NCBI GenBank assembly: GCA_051294375.1
Contig: CM119264.1
Span: 26,846,755-26,910,754 of the forward strand
DNA: 64,000 bases
Reading direction: 5' to 3'
Source of the DNA: Paraspadella gotoi
Lineage: Eukaryota; Animalia; Chaetognatha
Shown piece after piece: positions 40,401-52,400 of the stretch (within the stretch, counting starts at the first letter, position 1; the number at the start of each line of letters is the position of its first letter). A program made the position numbers and the translations under genes. The notes under the pieces are model-generated. The model had not been told where the DNA came from. It ran no database searches and saw nothing but the letters and a program-made list of their open reading frames with translations.

Positions 40401-43400
40401 AGACAAGCCAGGGACGTGGTATGCTCATACTGCACAGGAATGCAAGTCAAGGCGGGAACTAGCAACGCGCAGCGAATGCATGAAAGTCTTAGCCATAAAA
40501 GCTTTTAGTTGTACTAAGTGGCGGGGAGGTGTTTCCAACAAGAGGGCCAACTTGATGAATCATAGCAAAGTGTGTGGTGGTAGAAGCAAGGACCGTCAAA
40601 AAGGAAATGTATTTGTGGGAAAGAATTTAGCCCTCAAACTATATCAGTAGGCATAGGAAATGTGCGAGAGGCTCAGAACATGTTAACTGGGCATGAACAT
40701 GAGTCAGCTAGAGTCTTTAAGAGTGTGAGAGTAAAGTGTGGAAATATGTGGACTCGAGCTCGACAGATCAAATCGGAGCTAGGCACATGCGGACGACAGC
40801 ACTAGAAGTGGGAGTCCTTGTAGGACGACGCTGTCAAGTAAGTCAAGTTGTACAGTGGCTGAGAGAGAGTATGACCGAACTGATGATATGCCGGATTTGG
40901 GAAGCGATCCTTGCGGAAAGAATCCCCAGGGCTACTCTTATGTCTCTTTGGCCTGATACGCCTGCCGCTGCCCTTTCTCGCCTGCTGACCGAGGTGGGGC
41001 GGTTGTCCGTTCTTGCCACTTTTGTGACAGGAGTGACGGACCTCCCTCTCCCTCCTCTGAAGCCGTCGCTTTGGGGAGCGCTCAGTCGCGCAGAGGGAGG
41101 GACTGAGTTGCTGCATTAGAGGGAGAAGGCATCGTTTGGCCTTGCCTGCGCAAGGTCTCCGCTGTCTTCGTTGGAAGTGGAGATAGGGGAGTCATTGTGC
41201 GGGCGTGTGGCGGCGGGGCCTCCACCACGCTTTTGATAAGCGAATCATAGCTTGGACGGGAGATCGAAACTCCTCCATCACGGGTTCAAAGAGGGCTCGA
41301 GGGCTTTTGATGTAAATTTGCCTCTCTAATACCTCTTGAGACCAGTTGGGTCATGGGACAGCACGCAGACAGTCCTGATTCCCTGAACAGATGGCCTGTG
41401 TCTGCTGAATGGTTCAGCAATTGCGGACAAATAGTGACTCGGCGTCACGGTAAGGTTTTTGTGTTGGAATCGATCTGTCCCAAGAAGACTTTCCTGTCTC
41501 TCCCACGTATGCTGCTGCACAGGATTGGTTGCCCACCCTGACCAGGCCGCCCATAGACGGCTTCCTGACATGTTTTCGGTCTGGATTTTATCTTTCGGTT
41601 TCACTCATTGCTCACGTAGGGAGCCGCGGGCCGTCACCTGAAGTGGAGATCCCCTGCTTTGCCAGCACCGCACCAAAGCTTCAGTGAATCCCATGGTGGT
41701 AGGTGGAAGGGAACAAGTGAACGCCACGTTCCTTGGCGCTTCTTGCTTATCTCCACTTGCGCTGTGGTGGGCGCGGTCGGCTCTTCAGCAGCAAGGCTCC
41801 AGTTCTGCTCCTGGGGGTGGAGGTAGAACCTGCGTCAGCGGTTACTTGGACAGCCCTGGTTGGCCACTGTCCTCAGCCAGGCGCGGCCGATACCTAGCCT
41901 TCTCGAAGGCCCACAATGGGTAGCCATTGATCGCCAAGGCTCTTTGATGTGCTCAAGCTCGGCGCCTGAAGCTCGGGGGTCGACGGAATCAGTGACTCTC
42001 CTGGTTAAGGGATCTGACCGTGCGAGCTTGTGAGAAAGGGAGCATGTGAGATGAAGGGAATGTATTGGTCGTGTGGGTCGGTTTGCGATATACTGAGAAT
42101 TCCAATGAGCCGCCCTCTTTGCGTTGAAATCAAAACACATCGAGCATTGGAATTGACCCATTCACCCTCCCTCTCACATGTCCACTTGATCCGCACATGG
42201 ATGCTGTTCAGGTGGTTTAGTAGATCCTATGAGGTCTTTGCGCAAGCCAGAATGGTATCGTCTGTTTCCGATACCAGAAGAGGACTGACTCTGCCCCATG
42301 CAACAATCGAAAAGAGGCCAAAGCTCCACCTCATAGTCCTCCATATAAAAATCTGCCAAGGATTGACGTTGATTCCATCCCTAAGCCACCAGGCGGCATA
42401 ATATTTCCATCGAACCTGAAGTACGCCAGTTTCCCAGGTCCAGCCGCAGCAATGCCATGATATCATCCAATTGGATTGGGCGTACGCTCGTGCGAATGAC
42501 CGGTCTTACCTCAAGCGGCGCTCTGCGGAAGCTAACGCCAAGTCTTGTGGGAATGTTCGTACATGCTTTGTAAATCGGCACGAGACCAAGAGATGAGGTA
42601 TCGGGCAACTTTGTGATGCTGCAACCTTTTCCGTCAGATCAAGAGAATTTTGAGGTGGTGTTGGTTTACCGACCAACGGAGTGAGTATGCGACCCAACTC
42701 TTCGACATTCCATTGAAAATGGAATGCGGGCTGGAAACGATCGGCGTAATGTAAATCGGGCTTATGTACCTTCGCTGACCGAAGAACAAAGGAGGCTCGT
42801 TGAGTCAGGATTGACTCTGTGAAATACTGACGGGGAGCAGTATTCACGTATTCGTTTCGTCACCGTCTGGAATCCGAGCCCTGTAGGTAAGGGTCGGTCT
42901 TTGCAGAGGATGGTAAGTTTGCGATCTGCCAATTTTCCGTACCTTGTCTTTGTAATCATGGGCGTCCATGATCTACCGCAGCTCTTCCCTATCCGCCGGG
43001 ATGAACCATGATCGCCTGATTGCGCTTGAGTGAGGCAATGGCCTTGGCTCACCCTTACCGACATTTGGCGGGGCGAGTCTTTCTGATTGAGCACCCGCGC
43101 CGCCGCCGCCCGAAGGGTTGCCGCCGCTTCAGCTGTTGATCCAGGATACAATACTAAAATTAGTGGAACAGTTTTTTTTTTTTGCTCTTTGTAAATGTAA
43201 AAAAATATAATTTTAAGCAACTTCATTGTATGCATACGATAAAACTAAAAGCCATACTTTTTTCAGTGGTCTTTTCTGAACATGGCATTGTTTTGACTTA
43301 TCATCAATTCACTGATTTTAAGCATTTCATTACTATCCAAATTAAACCTAATTTAATTATTTTTAGGTAAGTAAAACAAAATTTTAGGAAGATTATATCG

Positions 43401-46400
43401 TCACAAACAATTAAGTCGTTGATTCAATTTAATTAATTTAAATAACTACTTCAAAAGTCAATAACAAAGGCAAAAAGGTTCTACGTTTCATCGACGTATT
43501 ATAAATATTCAAAACAAAATAAAAGGACGATATACTTGAAGATACGAGGTTAAAATTTAGTAATAAAGATAGAGAACGTGGTTTTAGTTCTTGGCTTGAA
43601 ATTCGAATGAGAGAAACTTCACAATGTAAGGAGAAGAAGAAGTCAGACGACGACGACAATGACGACGAACTGAGGCTTCACAGTAGTTTGGTGAATGGTA
43701 TCTTTGTGACGAAAAGTCATCTGGTTGACTAAGGTCAATTTAAGTCGCCAGTCCCACCCTGTACATTAGGGAAAGTTGAAAGTTTGGAATCGAAGTTAGC
43801 AGTTATCTTTAAAACAATCATATTGAGTATATACGAATCTTGTCAGTTATTTTTCTTTTTTACAAGTATGTAGCCAGTCAGCTTATACCTTATATAAATC
43901 AAAATTTCAAAATGTTTTTTTTTTAATTCTTAGAACAGATTCATATTCCTCATTAAAAGTGATAAAGAAAATATAATCTTTTTTATAATTATGTCATTAA
44001 GTCGGTTAAAATTATAAAAAACTATATTTTTAAGCTGGAAATGAAATTGGCGTTTGAATTTAGTTTTTTACACTTTTGACCAATTTAATGAAAGAATTTT
44101 GAAAAAATAATTATACTTTCTTATATCAACTTTGTATGCAAGGATCCAAAATTTTNNNNNNNNNNNNNNNNNNNNNNNNNTTGTATTTTAAAATTTTAGC
44201 CAATCATATACTTATTACTAATTATAAATATAGTACCCATAAATGTATAAAATTAAAAAATAAATTTATTAAAGTATTTATATTGGTTTTTATTTTCATG
44301 TTTTATGTGCTAAATTTTAATTTTCTAAAATTTTATCATTTATGCGTAAATGTATTCGTTTTTTCTCTATTAATTTGTGTATTTAACTCGACACTCCACA
44401 GACCTTCCCGGTTCGTCGCTAGCGTCTCCCGCGGACGTGTTGGAAGATCCCACCATCGCTTCGCCCATGGACTGCGTCGACGAACGGCAGACTGGGAACG
44501 AGGCGACGACCGAATTCATGTCTCCGGGAGAACAGAGGATGCTCCTCAGCTCCAAGTAAGCCGACCCACATTTTTTTTTTTTTTCTCTTTTCGAAGCTTC
44601 AGCTCGGAAATGTCGTTTCGCTAATCCGATCCGATTTTTTATGGGTCGAGTAATCGTAAATCTTCGACGACGAAATTGATCGCTTTCGCAAGTTATTTTT
44701 ATTTCTCGCTCGGTTCAGTATTCAGCTTTTTCTTTCTTTCTTTCTTTCTTTCTTTTTCCGAAGTCGAAGCGTACGAATGAACCTGTAACGAATTTTAGTT
44801 AACGTTTCGCACGACTCGTAACGCTGATGTTGTTAGCCGATCCTAGGGATCGTTTCAACTGCCCACCCTGCATCCCCCCCCCGCCTATTTGTTGTCCACA
44901 TCAAACGCAAGAAGGACGACGACGAGTCGGGAGTAGTTACGCTCTCGAGATGAAGGTCACTAACTAAACCCCAAAACAAAAAAAATTCAAAGCCGAAGTG
45001 GGATCATGTAACCCTCTTTTTATAAAGTTTTAAAAGTTAAAAACCCTTTAATCTTTTTTTTAAAAAACTTTTTTTTGAACCAAGACGAATTAATTTTCCG
45101 AAGAAAAAAATAATCGTTTCTTATTTTTCTTCGAGCTTCGGATCAACTGTTATACTATAAAGTGCGAACCCTCAGAATAGTTTTCGTCGATTAAATCCTT
45201 TATTTCTTTTAAATCCTTTATCCTATATCGCTTCGACTTATCGGTATCATTAGGACTCAAATTGAAACACTTTTAATACTAATGGATCAGTTGTGGGGTC
45301 TTGTAAGTTCCGCCGTTGGATTACCGGCGAAGCAGCCTTCGATCGAAACGCCGACCTTCGTTTTACTTAACCCGACGGAGTAAGTTATTTTAAAAAAGAC
45401 TTTTTTTTTTTTCAATTTACCCTTTTTGACGAGGCAATATGTCACTTTGTATCTCCCATGAAAATGTCTAATTCTGTCTTTAAAAATAACGCTCGTCTTT
45501 CCCCGATTTGAAAAACAAGTGCATCTGTTTCTCGCTCTTTCGATCCGTTGAAGTTGCTTCACCGCTTCGTCCTCATGATCCTTTAAGCAAGTTGAGGTTG
45601 AATCGAGAGCCCAACAACTCGCGCATTTTTTTTACTTGAAACAACTTCTGAACCTGAAGCTAAGACTACCACCCACCATACAAAATACAAAATGGCGTCA
45701 AACATCGATGATGAATACAGCGCTCTTTGCGCTTCCGCAAATCCCGAAGACGCGCGAATTTTCGACGAATGCGTTGACAATTTGCTCGTGGATGCGGCGG
45801 AGAATGCGACCGAGAAAGATGCCGACGCGTTTATTTCCGACGAAGAAAACGAAAAAAGCTCCGTTTCCTCGACGGTCGGTTCGTCCAAGGCTCGCTGCTC
45901 AGTTTCTCCTCACAAAGAAGATGATTGTGCCGAGTTGGAAAAGAGTGCTTCCTATTCCGAAGAACTTTGCGATTCGACGAGAGATCGACCTGAAAAACTT
46001 CGTAATTTCGAAGTCGCCGAAGCATCGATAAATGAGGAATTGTCCATCGATGACGCCGATGCAAAAGACGAGGCTTCTCGCAATGATCGGGATTCGGCGC
46101 CCGAAAACAAGCTTGATTCCCATCTTCATTCTTTAGATTTCCTTCAGAACTCAATTGACGTTCTCCTTCAAACCCTGGACGCATTGCGCGCTCCCGAAGT
46201 TGAGCTACCAGAGCCAGTCGATTTCACCTTTGAAGACTTGGTCGAAACTGAAACGCGAGAGAACCTAATATTAGATTTTGAAAATGACTCCCCTGAAGAA
46301 AATTTGCCTGTGGGTATTTTTAAAGAAATTGCAAATTCAGAAGACGCGCAAGACGATATTTTCGATCAAAATGATTACTTTTTCACCTTGCCCGATGAGG

Positions 46401-49400
46401 TTTGTAGTCTTTTACACCAGATCAGTCGAATTAGTTAATAATTAATGAATCATTTTTATCAGGTACTCCTAAAAATTTTATCATTCCTGCCACGGACCTC
46501 GTTGCTCGAAAATGTGGCTTTGCTTTCCAGGAAATTAAAGTTTGACGATCAATAATCAAAATTAAGCTATTTCAGTGACGTTTACTTATTGTCTATTTGT
46601 TTTTATTTAAGGCGGTTTTTCGAATTGGCAGATGATATCGCATTATGGAAAAATCTGAACGTTGGATCTCATTATGGGCGTAATTTTTCTCTTAATTCAA
46701 TTTTCCTGGAACATAGAATATTTCGCAACTACGAAAATTCCTCAATTGAATACTACCTTAACATTAATAATACAGAATGCGACGTCCCAAGCTTGTCTGA
46801 CACTTTAGAAAAGTTCGTTTGTGTCGGAAGAAAGTATTTAAAAGGAATTTCCTTGGATTTAAACAATTGGGGAACGAAGGAGGACGTCGATAGCATAGTT
46901 GCCTCGATCCCTGCTCTCTTATTACAAGCTACTCGAGTTTCCAAGATAGAGATACTAAGTGACCCTGTAGTTCCAATCATTAATGCCATAAATTTTGTCA
47001 ACGAGCTCTTTCAAGTTACATGCAGCGAAAATACGAGTTCTAACCCATGCGAGTATTTAGAAGAATTAAAACTTCCCGGTTGTGTGGTTGATGGGAGACT
47101 AATATGTAAATTCTACAATATGCGTACTTTGGATCTTGGTTATTTGGCGCCGTCGGACGTTTCTCTGGAGGCTTTGAAATGTTGCGAAGCTCTGATTAAT
47201 TTAACGCTGCGATCGAATTTGAGTGAAACGCAAGTTTCATCACTATTTAATATTGCGAATAACAACTCATTGAGGCAACTGAAAAGTTTGGCTATTACAG
47301 TTTCAGTAAAATACATCGACTTCCAGCATATTTTTCGTTGCTGCGAGCGACTAGAGCAGGTTATATTCTTATTAATTTAGCTCTGAATTTTTATAAACGT
47401 ACATATTTTTTAAAATATTTAATCAGGTCAAACTTCACGTTTTTGATCTTCTGCCAATGACATTAAATAGGCTGGATCATAATTTGCCCCGTAGAACTTT
47501 ACAACAAATGAGAAGTGGTGAAAATCCCTTTCTACTTCTTCCTGACACTCTAACTAATGTTCAGATTACAACTTGTAAATCTTACAATCACATTCAAGAA
47601 AGGTCGTGCGGCCGTCTTCCCAGAGATCTTCTTGTTGCTGCGAATCAGCTACCAAATCTTTCCAATTTTGCGACCACCTTTTTCGAAAATACGAATGGGT
47701 ACAAGTTATGTGGACAATACGTAGATATCGCCCTCGACCGCGAAACATGTCTCTTGCCTCCTTTGATTATGTCTTTAGCGCTTCAATGCAAGTCCTTTAC
47801 CCACTGGAGGGACATTCGCAGCATGCTCGGTACCTAAATCATTACTTGTGAGTTGCGGTTTCTTTATCATTACGCACTCAATTTATTTCAGATCATATGT
47901 TTGTAAACACGAAAGAGGTTTCCCTCGACTGCCGAAATTTCGAGACCCCGATGGTAGGATCTATTCCGAATTCCTCGTACTTTAAGCCTTTTACGCGCCA
48001 TCATGGCTTGGTCAGTCTGTATTTTGAACTCAAGGAAGCTGATTTGCCTCACGTCTTAAGAATTTTATCAAATATTCCCATGACACTTAAACACCTGTCG
48101 TTGTGGGGTGACGAATCATTTAGCCTCAACAGTTTCATATTCAAAGTCAATCCTAAACGTCTTGATATGCTGGAGTCGTTGGAACTTTACGGTGAGAAAG
48201 ATATGTCCCTGTCAAGTAAGGCGTAGTGAAAGTTGCAGATCAAAATTCGAATAGTTGTTCATGACGTCTTGTACTAAAGAACATTGATATATAAATTTTT
48301 TTTAAAGTTGTTTTTTTTAGTTTTGAAAGCAGATTCGAATTCCTCATAAAAAGTTGATAAAAAGGAAATGTTATGAAATAATTTTCTAAAGAGAGTTTTA
48401 TTTCCTTTTATCAACTTTTCGTGAGGAATTTGAATCTGCTTTCAAAAATAAGAAAAAACCATTTTAAAATTTTAACATTTTCTATAAATATAAATATGGG
48501 CGTACGCAAAAATTGAAAAATAAATATTTTTTTAAAAAATGTTTACAGGTACAAGCATGTTCATGATCTACTATTCGAATTTTGATTCTACTCGATTTTA
48601 ATATTTTTGCTACGTTTTACTTTCAAGTGTCCCTGTCTATGAATTGATTTAATTATCCTTAATGTAGCCAAGACTTGCGCCAACTCCTTTTGTCGTCTGG
48701 GCGATTTGGCGCCGAATCTGCGACGCCTACGCCTCCGACCCCCCAATAACGACGCCCCCTGCGTCCCGATCGGCCAACTGCCCCAATTGCGCAAGTTCTC
48801 TCGCCTCAAGAGCGCCAGCATCTATTTCAAGGGGGAAATCGGCGGCGGTCACCGCAATCCCCACTTCATTGAACATTTTCTCAAGGAATCGTTTTTCGAC
48901 GACCTCGAATCTTCTTTTCCATGTCTTTCCGACGAGACTCTTGAATTGACGCTCAGACCCGTCGGGGCTACCGTCGAAAATGCCCTCAAACTCACCGTTT
49001 ATAAATCGTTCATGGGCAACGTGCTGTATTATTGGAATTAAAATTTTGTTTATTAAAATAGTCGAATTAATAATTTCATATGACGCATTGACATTGTTTA
49101 AATTTCTTGAATGCATTGTTCTAATTTTTTTTTTTCCGAATTTTTCGAAATTCTTTTTCTAATTTTTTTTCCCCGTTTTGATTTTCAGCAAAGAAGCTCT
49201 GCTCCAGCAGATCCTCGACGATGACGAGGGATGCCGCGAGATGGACGCCTTCCTCTCCCCGGGTCCGCCCGGCGACATCGAGGACGATGGTCCGGTCATC
49301 GCCGTCCCAGACGATGACGACGAGGAGGACGATCATGCTCCGAGTCCTCGAAGATCGGAGGGAGATGGGAGAGAAGATCCCGAAGGGTGAGGAAAACTTA

Positions 49401-52400
49401 AATTTTACAGTAAATATTAGCTCCGATTCTCCAAGTAAATAAATAAATAAATAAATCCGTCCATTTCCAGCTACGTGTGCCCCTCCGTGACGGGCGGCGT
49501 CTCGTCGTCGGCCCCGTCGATCGCTGATCCGCCGTTGCCTCCCCCTCTTCCGGAGGGAGAGCCGCCGCCCATGTATTCCTACAAGAGCGAAGTCGATGAG
49601 GAAGACGCGGGTGAGCGGAAACCAGTCATGGTCGATGACGACGACGAAGAGGAAGTGGAGGAAGAGAACGAGGGTAAGTACTGAGTGGGGGTTATTCTTT
49701 TCTCATTGTTCTATTTGCCGAGAACCTTTCACTTACCCTTCCCGCAGACGGATTCGCGCCCTACTGGAAGGCCGATCCGACCGACCACACCTTCTGTTCT
49801 CTCCGTGACGACGAGGAGGACGAAGATGACTACTTTTTTCCCCCGCTACCCAAACGACAGATCAAGCTCCAATTCAGCAATCAGGTGGGAAAACTTTTGA
49901 AGATCTTTCCTCTCCCTCTCACAATATTTTTTTCATATTTATCCATGTTATATTATATCGTATATTGTTTCCTCCCCTTTTTTATTTCCTGCCTCAGGTC
50001 CAAGTCTTCCACACCCACTCCATTGAGGATTACGACCGGAAAAACGAAGACGTGGATCCGGTCGCCGCCAGCGCCGAATACGAGTTGGAAAAAAGACTCG
50101 AAAAGATGGAGATTTTCGAAGTCGATCTCGATAAAGGTAAACATAAAAGGGGGAGAGAAAACAAATGATCAATCGAAACTACAACTTCTCTCGACACCCC
50201 TTTCCCCGCAGGCGAAGATGGTCTGGGCCTCAGCATCATCGGGATGGGCGTGGGAGCGGACGCTGGGCTGGAGAAGCTCGGTATCTTCGTGAAGACGATC
50301 ACGCCGGGCGGCGCGGCCGAGTCCGACGGGCGAATCGCCGTCAACGATCAAATCGTCGAAGTCGACGGGACGAGCCTCGTCGGAGTCACGCAAGCCTTCG
50401 CCGCCTCAGTTCTGCGCAACACTTCCGGAAAAGTCAAGTGAGAATTTGTTTTTATTGTCTTATCGTGTCCCTGCTAGTTGTGTAATTATAAAAGAGTTGC
50501 CCAATGCCAAACCATTCCTTTGCAAGGTTCCTCATCGGTCGCGAGAAAAACCCCGAGGAGAGCGAGATCGCGCGCTTAATCCAAGAGTCGTTGGCTCGCG
50601 ATCGGCTTCGAGCGCAGCATTTTGCGCAGCAGCAAGCCGCGCTCCAGGCGCAAGAAGCCATGGACGAGAACGAGGTGAGTTCTTTTGGGCAGAAATCGTG
50701 AGACTAACTCGCTCCTTTAAAAGTTGAATCGGCATGAAATCAAATTTGGCCACTCCTTTTGGTTGCTCGTCTATTTTCCTGTGATCCACTCATCGCTTTC
50801 GAAATATCTTTCGTCGTAGGTTCACTTCCGCAATCGGCGTTATTTTCAATAAAAATCAAATAAAAAAGTAAAATTAGCCTATTTTTAGATTTTCAGAAAT
50901 TTCGAAAAAAAGAAAATTAAGATGTTCACACATTCTTTCGGCATTGATAGACTACACGCTTTTTCTCCCCGGCTAGCCGCTTATTAATCGAAGCTGTCAC
51001 TTTGTGAAAAAATCTCTCATTGCTGCCAATTGCACAATTACTGACTCTTTTTCTAATTTTACCCACTTCAACCCCTTCCCCTGATTGAAACAAACCGGAT
51101 TTCCCTTTTCTCCTTCCTCCCCATCCCCCTTTGCCACTTGCCACTTAAACCGCACACTTTCCAATTCCACTACTAACCAATTTACGCAAACAAAAGACGC
51201 AGAGAGTCGCTAAGTCGTCGAGCGTCCTGGACGGTATTTCCATGAATTCCCTGGAGACGGCGAGTGAAGACGACAGCAAAGCCTCGATCGAAAAGCTCGA
51301 CGACGAAACCTCCGACGCGGAGACGGAAGACAATTCCGTCACCTCATCGATCGCCGGAGACTTTTACGTCTGCGACGCGAGCGACATCGAGGATCGCGGT
51401 CTCAAGCCTTTCCCAGAAGCCAATCACCCGTCGCCGCAGTTTAACGGGTTCGCCGACAATGACGAGGACCGAACCGCCGTGGAATCTTCGACGGCGTCGG
51501 CGCAGCCTCCGGAGAGTTTAGACGACCTCGAAACGGTGATCAAAAATTCTGCTTCGTCCAGTCCGTTGGCGGCGCCGTCTGCGCGCCGCGCTGAGTCGGA
51601 AGTTGGCGACGAGTTGGAGGCGGCGTCGCGTTTACTCTTCAACGACGCGGCCAATGAGTTCGTGACGTCGTTCGACGAGGCCGTCGTCGGATCGACGGAG
51701 GTAGAAATGTTGTGGGTAGTTTTGTTCCTTTTTCCCCCGTTCATTTTTCAAATTCCTTATCTTTTCCCACTTTATATCCCGTTTCACCCCTTTCTTTGCT
51801 TTTCTTATTGTTATCCATTGCCGTTGACGCATCTTGTCGCTTTCCCTTTCTCTCCCTCGCTTACATGAAAAATCCGAACAACTTCTCCCAGTTGCTGGAG
51901 GAGGTGATCGTAGAGATCGATAGAAAATTCGAGCGTCTTGCAGCTTCGTCCGAAAGCCTATTTTCAAAACCTTCCTTGGACGACGACGACGCAGCCTTGT
52001 CCCCTCTGGGCGACACCTCCTCAACGCGGTTCAGCTCGCCTTCGCCTTCGGAGCTCTCCAATAGTGCTCCTTCGCCTCCTCACCGTCCGCCTCCGCCCGT
52101 TCCTTTGCCCTCTCGTCCGACGTCCTCGTCGGATGACGCGAAGTCCCCGCCCGACTCGCCGCCACAACCGTTTACGCCGCCGGGATCCCCGCCGCCGCCG
52201 CCCTTGCCAGTTTCCCCTGCGCCCTCTAGCCTCTTTCCTCATCTCTACCTCCTCGAGCGCCAAGCTTTGCAGAAACTTTTCGATTCCATCGGCCCGACTA
52301 TTATGACGCCGGGATCTCTGCCGAACTCGAAGCGAAACACGGGAATTTTCGAGAGCGACGATGAAGCAGTGGGCGGAGCTGAAGGGATGCTTCGAGATTC

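Noticed and set aside
35712-45292. Large TIR/foldback DNA transposon carrying cargo
   Set aside because: The arms are host intron plus a host exon, there is no transposase, and the indel pattern and 25-N gaps favour misassembly.
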